Assembly (NCBI GenBank): GCA_964016885.1
Contig: OZ024745.1
Span: forward strand, 97,650,001-97,714,000
Direction: 5' to 3'
DNA length: 64,000 nt
DNA from: Eledone cirrhosa
Lineage: Eukaryota
The position numbers were made by a program, and so were the translations under genes. Positions 1-14,621 of the stretch are shown one piece after another (the first letter of the stretch is position 1; every line of letters starts with the position of its first letter). The notes below the pieces were generated by a model. It had not been told where the DNA came from. It ran no database searches and was given only the letters and a program-made list of their open reading frames with translations.

Positions 1-793
1 TTCTATCATAGAGTGCCACAACTGAATATTCTACATGAAGAGTCAGATCCCCAAATCAGTGATCTTTGTAAGTGTAGTCTACCCGCAGAACCTGGCAGGG
101 TTTTATTAGAATCACTTCTATATATAACTCCTGGTAAGCTCTGGGTCAGTGCTTGTCTGATTGCATGGCAAAGTTAAATATCACTAGGGTAGACCAGACA
201 TCAATTCTCACTTACAATGACACTAATCTGACCATCAAGTCATACATGTATGTATAACTCATACATCACTTGTACATAATTCATTGTACTCAGCATATAG
301 GTTATTTAGCTCTTTTATGTTAATAAATTAATTAATCTTCCATTTATCCAATGATGGCACTCCATACACAGAACAACATTAGCACAACCAATTCAGTGTT
401 TAAAGTTTACATTAATTATATAGTGGTGTAATGTAGTTTAAGTAATTGAAGGCAAATATACCAAAAGTAGATGTACAAGGGGATATCTCTAGGGTAAAAG
501 GTACTAGGAGGGTGTCACTATTTGCGTTAAAGTGGATCAATGAGTGTGGAGATGTGGTGTAAGGTGTGCCCTTGAGGTTTGTTGCTAGAGGTGGTGATAA
601 TTTAAACAGAACTTTGATTCATGTGATTTCTATATAACTGCTCTGTAGAACAACTGATGTTATTACATTGAGCTATTTATCTTACTGGTAATAAGGTAGT
701 AATAAATTACTGTCTTTCACTGTTTAGGGTTTAAAATATATATAACTATAAAAAGTTTTAGTATATACATAACCATAAATAGTATCCTTAATA

Positions 794-892
<99 letters not shown>

Positions 893-976
893 CATATATA
901 CTTATATATATATATATATATTATATATATATATAAGTATATATGTATATATATATATATATGTGTATATATATAC

Positions 977-2107
<1,131 letters not shown>

Positions 2108-2722
2108 TTCGACCCAGCAATCCCAAAATTAGAACTGAACCACCTGGATTTTAACGTACGGAATACATATCATCACACCGCTATTAGCTGTGAATCAGCC
2201 GACCGGTCACTAGATCATAAATCACTTAACATCTCTTTCACCCTCTCTCCCTGAAACCACATCAACCCCATTAAGACAAGACAACCAGCAAAACATTTAC
2301 CACACACACTTGTCAAACCTCCCTTCACCATCCACCCTTAGCCCTTGGGTCTCATACTAGTATCTCCAAATTAATCTCTAATTTATTGCTTTTTCTTCTA
2401 TCTGTCACTACCTCAGACTCTCTACACGTATCTGTGTATGTTTCGAATATGACTTTTCATGTTAGCACTAAATCCATCACAGCATCCTTATACGTACACT
2501 TACTCACCACCACCACTATCATATTCTGTACTTATGTGCTCTCACTTATCCTTATTTCCTTATATTTTTATTATTTTTCCATTTTCTTACTTTTTTACTG
2601 TATCTTTTTTCTTATCTTTTACTTTTTACATCTGTAACTTCTTTACCTATTTATCAAATATTTTATTATTGCTGTTATTGTTTTGATTTCTCTATATATA
2701 TCATGCCATGTATGAATTATTC

Positions 2723-2833
2723 GTATTCTGAGGATTTGGTCAGAGGTAAATAATGTAATGGAGATCGAGTGAGGCAACTTCGAGCGATTAGCAGCCTCTA
2801 GACTCACCTGATCAATGAAACAATTGTTAATAC
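2723..2833 (+). ncRNA. Type-I hammerhead ribozyme, family A, 64-nt loop II, in PLE 3' UTR
   Basis: gtatt-CTGAGGA-t-ttggtcag...ctgatcaa-t-GAAA-caattg-TT-aatac: helix I 5 bp, helix II 8 bp, palindromic helix III ACAATTGT. Confidence 0.75.
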
Positions 2834-3332
2834 CTGAAATAAAGCCCCTTGTTGTACAGCCAACCATATTACTATTCATTCTTTCACTATTATTACTCCA
2901 AGTATAACCTGCATAGGAATTCCCGCGAACTCGCTGCCTAATTATGGAAACATCTTGTTGAGTCAAACAAAGCCGTACGTTAAAACTATCCACGACGCAG
3001 AGTACTCCCAACATCTAACTGGATTACCTATAACGATAACTTGTTATCCCATGGATAACCATCATGTTGCTTGGTGTTTTTCCAACCTTCGGTTTGCTTT
3101 TCCTTCTTGTTGTTTACTTGTCTCACTCGCTTTACGCGTTTCACTTGTCCCAATAGCTTAGTTTAGTTATTGCTCGCACCAACCTGAGGTATCTGATTTT
3201 TAATGCGATGAAATACCAATGATGGTTGGCAAATCACTGATGAGGGACTAATTTTATAATATGTAATCCATGGGCAACCACGCAGTATTCCCCTCGCCTT
3301 GTTTTTCATATATATATATATATATATATATT

Positions 3333-3560
3333 AGTATCAGTGCTTTGAAATAACGATGTATGTATGAATGTATGTATAGTATATTTGATAATATACTGAA
3401 TGTTTATTTAAGAATATTTTGAAGACCATTCGCTATGAGTTTTAAAGTAGTGACTATGTGTTAGTGGTTATCAAGATTGCTTATCCCTCCGCTTCTGCCG
3501 AGACTTATCGAAGCTGGATTCTTATAGAATTCCAGTGATGTTTAAGACTGATTATTATAT
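3333..3560 (-). mobile_element. Degenerate relative of the 310/317-bp hammerhead units (families H/N)
   Basis: Shares ttttgaagacc..cgctat and attcttatagaatt blocks with 12591-13700 and 38770-39557; the ribozyme core is largely lost. Confidence 0.5.
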
Positions 3561-3568
3561 GTATGTAA

Positions 3569-3760
3569 GGGCGGTGAATTGGCAGTATTGGTAGAGGGTT
3601 GGACGCCATGCTTTCTAGCATAGTTACGTCCCTTTACAGTCTGAGTTCAAATCCCGCCGAGGTTAACTTTGCCTTTCATCCTTACGGGGTCGATAAAATA
3701 AAGTACCAGTAATGTATTGGGTAATTGCTGGCCTTGTGCCTAAAGTAGAAACAATTATTA
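3569..3760 (+). mobile_element. tRNA-derived SINE
   Basis: A-box TGGCAGTATTGG, B-box GAGTTCAAATCC, core ctttgcctttcatccttacggggtcgataaaataaagtaccag, tail gtagaaacaattatta; several copies in the window. Confidence 0.85.
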
Positions 3761-3764
3761 TATG

Positions 3765-3803
<39 letters not shown>

Positions 3804-3878
3804 ATATATATTGTTATGCTTTGGGAGGGTCATGTTGCCAATAAGAAACACACGCACCAGTTATATATATCATAGATT

Positions 3879-4318
3879 GAGTTATAAACTCCAAATAATC
3901 TTTTACAATTAAATAGCTCAAAGAAGGGAACCTTTCCGAGTCGTGTAATATAATTGGATATATGATGGGATGAACACAGATATAAGTTTACATGTGTTCC
4001 AATTGCAAATGACCAAGTTAGCTAACTCAGTCTTCTTAGATCCTTTGAAGTGAAAGGTACGAATTTTCCTGGATACCCGCAGATGAGCACAGGAATTCTG
4101 GCTTTCACTTAATAATTCTTGGGAAACATATTTTGGTCAGTCCAGGTATCAAAGGCTATTGCCCGATATATGTTTGTTATTTTTATTGATTTATTACTTT
4201 AAATCGAGTCAGGCAAACCATATTGTTTTAAATTAGTATTTTTTTCAACCTAGCTAACTTGGTAATTTGCAATTGGAACACATGTATAATTATATGTGTT
4301 CATCCCTCTCATATATCC

Positions 4319-4322
<4 letters not shown>
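3879..4322. mobile_element. Hammerhead-bearing unit, family B, with internal inversion
   Basis: About 3952-4024 is the inverted repeat of about 4251-4322; homologous to 18357-19408. Confidence 0.7.
4072..4150 (+). ncRNA. Type-I hammerhead, family B (U4A core CAGATGA), partly decayed
   Basis: gatacccg-CAGATGA-gca...tgg-GAAA-catattttggtcag-TC-caggtatc. Confidence 0.55.
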
Positions 4323-4396
<74 letters not shown>

Positions 4397-4534
4397 ATAA
4401 TAATGGAGCTGCGGCGTTGCAAATGGGTTACATATATATATATAATGGAAAAATTTGAACAGGGACGAAACAGAGAGGCAGTACAACGAATGTTTATTAA
4501 TTTCACGCTCTGGAGAGTGGGGTGTTGGTGGGGG

Positions 4535-4566
4535 ACGACGTTTCGGGCATAAGCCCTTCCTCAGGT
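4535..4566 (-). ncRNA. Minimal type-I hammerhead, family C
   Basis: Reverse complement ac-CTGAGGA-a-gggc-ttat-gccc-GAAA-cg-TC-gt; palindromic ACGT helix III; helix I only 2 bp. Confidence 0.65.
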
Positions 4567-4928
4567 GAGAAGTGTGTGGGAACAGAGTTCAAAGGGTGTG
4601 TAGGGGAGTAGTGGAGCGACATATAGCGAAAGGAAACGGTGCGAATGAAAAAATAAAAAATAAAGATAAAAATAAAAATAAAGCATGATCAAAATACAAG
4701 GAATGAGATAAATTTAAATATAAAGGCATGATCAAAATAAACTGAAATATATATATATATATATACTACCCTAAGTATTGAGTACTTTGGTGCGTTATGG
4801 TCCACCTGGTTCCTTACCACATTTCCTTCGTTATATATATATATATATATATAGGTTTATTCCGGGTTCAATCGGGGGGTAACTACAGTAAGTAAGGTAC
4901 TCAATACAAAGCAGAGTATAAATATTTA

Positions 4929-5014
4929 ATATAGAAAAGCTTCTACAGGACTAGAACTGTTCAATTCGTGATGATTTCTCACGAATGAAACAGTTCTAGT
5001 CCTGTAGAAGGTTT

Positions 5015-5021
<7 letters not shown>
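4929..5021. repeat. About 90-bp near-perfect palindrome containing a hammerhead remnant
   Basis: agaaaagcttctacaggactagaactgtt / aacagttctagtcctgtagaaggttttct; centre gTGATGA-t-ttc-tcac-gaa-t-GAAA. Confidence 0.7.
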
Positions 5022-5069
<48 letters not shown>

Positions 5070-5073
<4 letters not shown>

Positions 5074-5612
5074 TATGTACACGTACATACATATATGTAT
5101 ACAGACGTACAGTAGTATGTATATATATACATACATGCACACATATATATATGCACGTATGGACTCACCGAACAACTACTATAGTGCTCGGTGTGTCTGT
5201 AAACAAACACCCGGCCGATTAGCCCACTCGATATGCAAATTGGGCTACTCAGTCGTTAATATGCATAAGGTAAGTATATACGTTCAACAATCTGGCAGGA
5301 AGGTATACGTTGCTGACGATAGCTAATAAGCTTGAAACTAGTACAGCGTTCCTTTGTCAGTGTTGAACAAACGAGCAACGATGGTTGCTAGACACTACGG
5401 CTTAATACGGGATGTTTGTTTACAGACACACCGAGCATTATAGTAGATATTCGGTGAGTCCATACGTGCATATATATATATGTGTGCATGTATGTATATA
5501 TATATACATACTACTGTACGTCTGTATACATATATGTATGTACGTGTACATACTTATATTTAAGTATCAGCCGTACTAAGAGTGGGAAATGAAATTTCGT
5601 TTCATTTTTTCC

Positions 5613-5617
<5 letters not shown>
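5070..5617 (+). mobile_element. About 430-bp hammerhead unit, family D, with inverted 5' segment (PLE pLTR/retrozyme-like)
   Basis: 5070-5212 is the inverted repeat of about 5408-5556; homologous to 37375-38360; flanked by (TA)n. Confidence 0.75.
5307..5349 (+). ncRNA. Type-I hammerhead, family D
   Basis: acgttg-CTGACGA-t-agct-aata-agct-t-GAAA-ctag-TA-cagcgt. Confidence 0.85.
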
Positions 5618-5655
<38 letters not shown>

Positions 5656-5730
5656 GATCCGCTAAGGTGAAACAATTGTTCTCGGTATGGTGAACTAATT
5701 GTTGTGTTACTACTTCTATATATATATATA

Positions 5731-6312
5731 TGAGAATTGAAACCGCGCGGTAAGGGTAAATATAGTAAGTACAGTAAACTTTTTAAAATTTATTTTAAAA
5801 CTTTTTCTCTATTTGCTAAACCGTGATTATATATGTTCTGGCTCGTTAATTTATTAACCTGCCATAGAACCACATTGGCATACGGTTGAATAATACATGT
5901 GTCCCTATATGCATTTTTTGCACGTAGGAAAACATACTTTATTATTATTAATCTCCCCTAAGGTCGAGATAACATTTTGGTCGTTTTTACTGCTGCTATT
6001 TCTAGTGGCAGGACATTGACCTTTCCGCCCTTGCCTTCTATCTTTACACACGGCACTGGACAAGATTGTTTCCTTATACACTCTCATCCGGGAACAGTTC
6101 TGTATGGCGCCAGTTCGTGATTTGAACTCGGGAATTTTATATTCTCCGAGTGAGAAGAACCCTCTGACGAAATTCTCCTTCTCAATGGTGTTCCGCATGG
6201 ATTATCCATTTATTTTGAGACTTGAAACCGCGCAGTAAGGGTAAATATAGTAGGTACAGTAAACTTTTTAAAATTTATTTTAAAACTTTTTCTCTATTTG
6301 CTAAACCTTGAT

Positions 6313-6313
<1 letters not shown>
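5731..6313 (+). mobile_element. 485-bp partial-tandem hammerhead unit, family E
   Basis: GAAAccgcgc..aaacc.tgatta occurs at 5739 and 6224 (period 485); (TA)n on both sides. Confidence 0.75.
6159..6242 (+). ncRNA. Type-I hammerhead, family E, 39-nt loop II
   Basis: accct-CTGACGA-aattctc...gagactt (gagaatt in the copy at 5732)-GAAA-ccgcgcag (ccgcgcgg)-TA-agggt. Confidence 0.75.
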
Positions 6314-7333
<1,020 letters not shown>

Positions 7334-7336
<3 letters not shown>

Positions 7337-8031
7337 AGACGTAAAATTATAAAATTATAAAAATTAACTTACTTATAATTGTTCTGTATATAATTGTTCT
7401 GCATCCGCTTGCATTGAACCACAAAGTTACTAAGACAAAACCTATATATTTGCTAGCATAGGTATGCATCTGTATATATATATATTGGTAGATATACTAA
7501 TTCTTTATAATTATCTCCAAATTATTTTGTTGAGCAAAAATTTGCCAAAACTGCTACTATAGTTCATAATAATGGTTCGGCTACTGTCTTTTTAACACCC
7601 CATTCCTCACTGATTAACCTCGATGTCACGTGATTGATTCTTTTGAATTTGCCACCGACCAAGTAGGCAGTGATTTTTTCAATTTCTTGGAATTTACTCC
7701 ACGCTTGCTTTTTTCCATCCACTGAATTATTTTTGTATAAGTTCCCTGTGTCCACGCATCGCCTGGGAACTTCGCTGAGAACAGACTTCCTGATGACGAA
7801 AGGTTTCTCCATGCGTTCCATTCGGAAACCATATTTATTCCCTTTCAGAAACTAATTAGTTGGAGTGAAATTTTAGTAAGTAAGTTAATTTTTATAGTTT
7901 TCTTATTTTACGTCTTTCATATAATTGTTCTGCATCGCCTTGCATGGAACCACAAAGTTACTAAGACAAAACCTATATATTTGCTAGCATAGGTATGCAT
8001 CTGTATATATATGTTGGTAGATATACTAATT

Positions 8032-8036
<5 letters not shown>
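7334..8036 (+). mobile_element. About 530-bp partial-tandem hammerhead unit, family F, with short inverted 5' end
   Basis: ataattgttctgcatc..aattcttta occurs at about 7390 and 7922; 7338-7375 is inverted relative to about 7877-7914. Confidence 0.7.
7785..7866 (+). ncRNA. Type-I hammerhead, family F, 37-nt loop II
   Basis: acttc-CTGATGA-c-gaaagg...cctttc-a-GAAA-ctaattag-TT-ggagt. Confidence 0.75.
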
Positions 8037-8122
<86 letters not shown>

Positions 8123-8531
8123 ATAACTAGAAATTGATTAACATATAAATAAACATGAATAATAACAGGAGATAATTTTTACAAGTGTGTAAGCACACAT
8201 AGCTAGGTAGGTAACTAAATAAAGTTGACCAGAACTTCAAAAACAGATACCTTATAATATGATTAATCTTCCCTGTATATATTATATATTCCATTAAAGA
8301 AATATATTTCACCAATTAATCGAATGGTAAACCACGGATGCCGATACTTGGATTTTCAACAAGGAAGAAGTTTCAGCGATCTATGTTTACACTTCAAGTT
8401 CAAATCAGCGACTGGCCAGCAACACGTGCTGTATCTACTAGAAATACATACATCATACCAGCTTCGCCCCAGTGGCGTGAATAGGGTTATCGACAACTAG
8501 AAACAGCAGTCAAGTCCTTTCAACAGAGTTA

Positions 8532-8536
<5 letters not shown>

Positions 8537-8609
<73 letters not shown>

Positions 8610-8642
8610 GTATATATATATGTATATATATATGTATATATA

Positions 8643-8709
<67 letters not shown>

Positions 8710-8744
8710 GTATATATATATATGTATATATATATGTATATATA

Positions 8745-8801
<57 letters not shown>

Positions 8802-8914
8802 GTATATATATATATACACACACATATATATACATATATATATACATATATATATACATATATATATATATGTATATATATGTATATATATATGTATATA
8901 TATGTGTGTGTGTA

Positions 8915-8978
<64 letters not shown>
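8537..8978. repeat. (CT)n/(TA)n compound microsatellite
   Basis: Direct reading. Confidence 0.95.
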
Positions 8979-8980
<2 letters not shown>

Positions 8981-10040
8981 AACGTATGGGAGAAGACCGA
9001 ATGGTTACAGCGTTTGTCCAAATCGATTATAAACGATTTTATATATTTATATCATGATGCGAGTATTTAACTTATATAAACTGTATTAAGGTATTGTTGT
9101 ATTGATTTTATTGATGACATGGGTTCATTAATTACATATATATATTTGTTGAAAATATACAAATGAGTTTAATAATTATTTCTATTGTGAAAATTGGCAT
9201 ATATTTCATTGTTTTATAGATGAAACTGTGATTATTTTTTTCTTTATAACATTACCTAATATTACGCTCGAGTTAATAAATAAATAATTGAATATTAAAT
9301 CACGCGCTACTAATCACAAATACTTCAAAGCCAAATATTCATAAAAATTGATCAGTTTTGATTTACTTTTACGACATAACTAGAGATTAACACCAAAGTA
9401 TGTTTCGAAAGTAAAGTACAGTGTGGAAAACTGTGATCTAGGTTCAGTGGTCTGACCATATTTGCTAAAAGTAAGAGGCAGACGATAGATTCGGTCGTCT
9501 GCTGATTTTCTCCTTTGTGTAATATCAGTTGTTTGAGACAATCGTGTGGAAATCTCAATTTTATTATATCTGTAGAAGATATTCCCCTTTCCTTATTTCG
9601 TTAAGACCCTTAGGAAAGACATGATCAACAAAAAATCAATATATAGTAAAACTGAGTCAACCACTTACGGGTAGCTGCATCCTCCATTTGGTTTCGATTT
9701 CCGATTATTGTCCTTCCACTTCACTTACATCGTCAATGTTCTAGCAAAGACCATAGATATCACAAATTCAATTTCCTTTCTTAAATATAGGATTTTATCA
9801 AAGAATTCAATATTGATCAGACCTTTGGCTACCATAAACATTTCTTCTAATTCGTTTAAGTTCTTCCCTCACCCCTCTCCCACTTTCTCCCTCAGCTTTC
9901 TATATCTAATATTTCTTGTTCTGATAACGATTGAATTAGAAGCTGCCAGTCTTCAAGTTACATATTCAGTTTACAGAGGAGCCTCTATGCGGTTACTTGA
10001 ACTGCTAGATATAGAAGCTACATTTCTCTTAAATATCACT

Positions 10041-10112
<72 letters not shown>

Positions 10113-10176
10113 GTATATATGTAAAAGAAATCAAAGAACGCTTACATACTCAAACAGTTTTTATTTGCTGACAATA

Positions 10177-10344
10177 CAGTGAAATTCCGTTATATCAAAA
10201 TTCACGGGGTATTAAAAAATTCGTTGTAACAAAAAATTCTTTATAACGAAATCGACCTAACACAACGAGCGTGTGGCCGGGGATTGAACAAAATTTCGTT
10301 ATACTGAAAAATTCCTTATAATGGTATTCGTTATAACGGAATTT
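10177..10344. mobile_element. Tc1/mariner (pogo/Tigger-like) MITE remnant
   Basis: TA|CAGTGaaattccgttata ... tataacggaattt inverted ends, with internal ttcgttata(ac) subrepeats. Confidence 0.6.
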
Positions 10345-10354
10345 AAAAAACAAC

Positions 10355-10945
10355 CTGCAAGAGAAGGACCTCGTATACCTCCCTTTCGATAAAGGGAAAT
10401 AATTCTGCGTTATCTCTCGAAACACATACAACAGCTTGGCATACGAACATTTTAGTAACGGTGAACTATATACTTAAGTGACGGACATAGCTGCATCCCA
10501 GATTGAAAACCACATCAACACCACTTGGATGGATGCCTGCAGACGGAGACAACTTCCCAACAAATATAAAAACAACTTCACCACCAGAAACAGCAGACTG
10601 TCAACATTCTACCACCTCGTTAAAACCCACAAAACAGTGTTAATCTCCAGATTAGACCCATTGACTATAGCATAGAAGGATCTGACAATAAAATCTACTG
10701 GATCCCAGATCCTCAAACCTTTCTACCTTTCCTGGGCATGTCAGCAGCTGCGATGAAGTCATACAAAGACTACACCAACTACACCTTAGCCAACTTAAAA
10801 TTAATATAGATATGCCTTCAGCCTCGACGTTGTCTCCCTCTAAAGGATGGTACCCATTCACTTAGCGGTTAACCTTGTGACCAACTGCATCATTTCATAC
10901 AACATATACTGCTTCGGCCTCACCCTACCAGACATACATTCAGCC
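10355..10945 (+). pseudogene. Decayed Penelope-like reverse transcriptase N-terminal fragment
   Basis: DKG..FCVI..Y...H..Y; STFYHLVKTHK..RP; SLDVVSL..VP..A motifs, with stops and frameshifts. Confidence 0.65.
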
Positions 10946-11043
10946 AGAATCTGCCAAGCCTTAGCCGTTCCTTATTCACTCAATGATAGAATAAGATTTG
11001 TACAAACTTATAATGCACACTACACGTTATTATTAGTAATCTA

Positions 11044-11425
11044 GGGCGGTGGATTGGCAGTATTGGTAGAGGGTCGGAGGCCATGTTTTGACGTATAGAG
11101 TTACGGCCCTTGCCATTCCGAGTTCAAATCCCGCCAAGGTTAACTTTGCCTTTCATCCTTACGGGGTCGATAAAATAAAGTACCAGTAATGCTCTGGGTA
11201 ATTGCTGGCCTTGTGCCTAACGTAGAAACAATTATTACGTAATCTAGGGCGGTGGATTGGCAGTATCGGTAGAGGGTCGGACGCCATGCTTTGCAGCATA
11301 GAGTTACGTCCCTTTACAATGTGAGTTCAACTTTGCCTTTCATCCTTACGGGGGTCGATAAAATAAAGTACCAGTAATGCACTGGGATAATTGCTGGCCT
11401 TGTGCTAAAAGTAGAAACAATTATT
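11044..11425 (+). mobile_element. Two tandem tRNA-SINE copies
   Basis: Same consensus as 3569-3760; both copies are preceded by gtaatcta. Confidence 0.85.
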
Positions 11426-11840
11426 ACATCCGTAAACAGTAATATGTGGCTATGATAGTTGTATATTATATAAACCCAGACTATCGATAGTGTCCGATCA
11501 TAACAGTTAAACTGCAACTGTTATTCACAGTAATTATGTAATATCTGCACACATTACACAACTAGATGCTGAAGTACATCTTCAGTGAGTGATTGTCTAA
11601 TCTTTAATGGAAAAGTTTGTTGCTAACGACACATCAAAGGCCAGTCTTTGCCGTCATTAAATCTAACAGTTTCCTTGACCTCCCATAGAGGAGATCGGTC
11701 AAATTGACCGTTGTGAGAAAACGCGGCGGCGGAAAATTCAAAGACGGAAGATTGAATTCTAGCCATAAGCTCTCAGCCAGTCAAATATAGTAAGAAACAA
11801 AGACGGTGTTACAAAACAAAAAATGTATATAAGAATCGAA

Positions 11841-11876
<36 letters not shown>

Positions 11877-12002
11877 TTCGACTCATATATACATTTAAAA
11901 AAAAAAAAATAAATAAATATATATATATAGGGAGTGTAACTTGGAGTTACTGCAGGTTCACCCGGTTGAGCACTCGATGTTTAGGTTCACTTCTGTGTTG
12001 AG

Positions 12003-12058
<56 letters not shown>

Positions 12059-12157
12059 GAGACTGCTGGCATTTCAAATTTGGCGGTCATTCTAGCACGG
12101 AGGGGTACCATCGCTGAACATTAATATCGTTTTTTTTATATCGATATTTGTCGGGCA

Positions 12158-12279
12158 TCCACTGATGATTTATAAGTGCCCACCTACATATATTCCTACG
12201 GACTATGTGTAGGCTTCTACATAACCTGGACATTATTTTCCCAATTTGTAGAAAACTTATAATGAAACGATCGTTTGGA
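12158..12279 (+). ncRNA. Type-I hammerhead, family G, 77-nt branched loop II
   Basis: tcca-CTGATGA-t-ttataagt...acttataa-t-GAAA-cgatcg-TT-tgga; loop holds hairpins cctacata/tgtgtagg and ttctaca/tgtagaa. Confidence 0.75.
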
Positions 12280-12529
12280 AAGAGAGATGTATTTTAATTA
12301 TGTCTCATATAAAATAATACAACTGGCTATCCGCAAAATACGTATAGTTAGCACCCCAAACGTATAATTGGGATTATACTAATGTATATCCTAATGTTTG
12401 TTGAGTGTGACGGAAGCCGGTCGGATTATTGCTTAAAGCTTTCTCTGTTAATGTATTAAATATATATATATATATATATATGTTATGAAATACTGTTAGC
12501 TTATCGCTAAAACAATTTCTACACTTTTC

Positions 12530-12591
<62 letters not shown>

Positions 12592-12748
12592 TGGATTAAA
12601 TGCTCTGAAATAGCGATATATATGTGAAGATAGACATAGAATATTCGAAAATATTCTGTATGTTTATAATAAACATTTTGAAGACCTAATCGCTATAGAA
12701 TAGAATACGTCACGTATTACAATTAGATTCTCGATAAAAGCAAGGGAA

Positions 12749-12791
12749 GTAACCTACGCGTTTCATTCTTATTAGAAATCTTCAGGATTAC
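12749..12791 (-). ncRNA. Type-I hammerhead, family H, copy 1
   Basis: gtaatc-CTGAAGA-t-ttct-aata-agaa-t-GAAA-cgcg-TA-ggttac. Confidence 0.88.
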
Positions 12792-13058
12792 ATATCCAGT
12801 GCTTTTATCGAGAATGACACAGCTAGAGACTTATAGAATACTTAGCTGTGTACAGGAACTGGTTTGAAAGAGCGGTTGCCGGTCCGGCAGAAATTAGAAA
12901 TTGGATTAAATGCTCTGAAATAGCGATATATATGTGAAGATAGACATAGAATATTCGAAAATATTCTGTATGTTTATAATAAACATTTTGAAGACCTAAT
13001 CGCTATAGAATAGAATACGTCACGTATTACAATTAGATTCTCGATAAAAGCAAGGGAA

Positions 13059-13101
13059 GTAACCTACGCGTTTCATTCTTATTAGAAATCTTCAGGATTA
13101 C
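13059..13101 (-). ncRNA. Type-I hammerhead, family H, copy 2
   Basis: Identical to copy 1, 310 bp away. Confidence 0.88.
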
Positions 13102-13529
13102 ATATCCAGTGCTTTTATCGAGAATGACACAGCTAGAGACTTATAGAATACTTAGCTGTGTACAGGAACTGGTTTGAAAGAGCGGTTGCCGGTCCGGCAG
13201 AAATTAGAAATTGGATTAAATGCTCTGAAATAGCGATATATATGTGAAGATAGACATAGAATATTCGAAAATATTCGAAAATATCTAATTGTAATACGTG
13301 ACGTATTCTATTCTATAGCGATTAGGTCTTCAAAATGTTTATTATAAACATACAGAATATTTTCGAATATTCTATGTCTATCTTCACATATATATCGCTA
13401 TTTCAGAGCATTTAATCCAATTTCTAATTTCTGCCGGACCGGCAACCGCTCTTTCAAACCAGTTCCTGTACACAGCTAAGTATTCTATAAGTCTCTAGCT
13501 GTGTCATTCTCGATAAAAGCACTGGATAT

Positions 13530-13572
13530 GTAATCCTGAAGATTTCTAATAAGAATGAAACGCGTAGGTTAC
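13530..13572 (+). ncRNA. Type-I hammerhead, family H, inverted copy
   Basis: Identical motif on the + strand. Confidence 0.88.
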
Positions 13573-13762
13573 TTCCCTTGCTTTTATCGAGAATCTAATT
13601 GTAATACGTGACGTATTCTATTCTATAGCGATTAGGTCTTCAAAATGTTTATTATAAACATACAGAATATTTTCGAATATTCTATGTCTATCTTCACATA
13701 TATATATATATATATATACATATATATATTTATATATATATGTATATATATATATATATATA

Positions 13763-13989
13763 TAGAAGTGGTTACACAACAGTTAGTTCACCATACCGAG
13801 AACAATTGTTTCACCTTAGCGGATCCTCAGCTCGTAATGGACATGGTTATGTTCCCTATAACCATGTCCATTACGAGGTGAGGATCCGCTAAGGTGAAAC
13901 AATTGTTCTCGGTATGGTGAATTAACTGTTGTGTAACCACTTCTACCTAACTCGTCCCATGGACTGAGTGCTCTACCACTACGGATATC

Positions 13990-13991
<2 letters not shown>
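13763..13991. mobile_element. Fold-back element, family I, with divergent hammerheads (13797-13834 minus; 13874-13911 plus, C3G)
   Basis: Palindrome 13763-13945; cgag-CTGAGGA-t-cc-gctaa-gg-t-GAAA-caattg-TT-ctcg. Confidence 0.75.
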
Positions 13992-14475
<484 letters not shown>

Positions 14476-14529
14476 GTATTAATATATAAAAGAACAAAGA
14501 ATCAGTGTTGCATCATATACATATTTATT

Positions 14530-14621
14530 ACATATTACATATGTTTCACTGTCGATCAGCTCGAAGAACGATCTATTAATAATCGAACCTGATTCTGGAA
14601 TCGGAAGTCCCTCAGATGCGT
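14530..14621 (-). ncRNA. Probable degenerate large-loop hammerhead, family J
   Basis: acgcat-CTGAGGG-act...agt-GAAA-catatg-TA-atatgt; A9 is altered and helix I has a mismatch. Confidence 0.45.

Larger units (their letters stand above)
12588..13700. mobile_element. 310-bp tandem hammerhead unit, family H: about 2.2 direct copies plus about 1.3 inverted copies (retrozyme/PLE pLTR-like)
   Basis: ttggattaaatgctctg at 12591, 12901 and 13211; orientation flips at about 13285; (TA)n flanks. Confidence 0.85.

Noticed and set aside
3179-3250. Hammerhead-like ccaac-CTGAGGT..GAAA..TG-gttgg and a nearby CTGATGA (also at about 24100-24160 and 24630)
   Set aside because: A9 is missing, G is at the cleavage position, helix III is not palindromic, and the second CTGATGA has no partner GAAA
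3569-3660. tRNA gene
   Set aside because: A and B boxes are present but there is no cloverleaf; it is a SINE head
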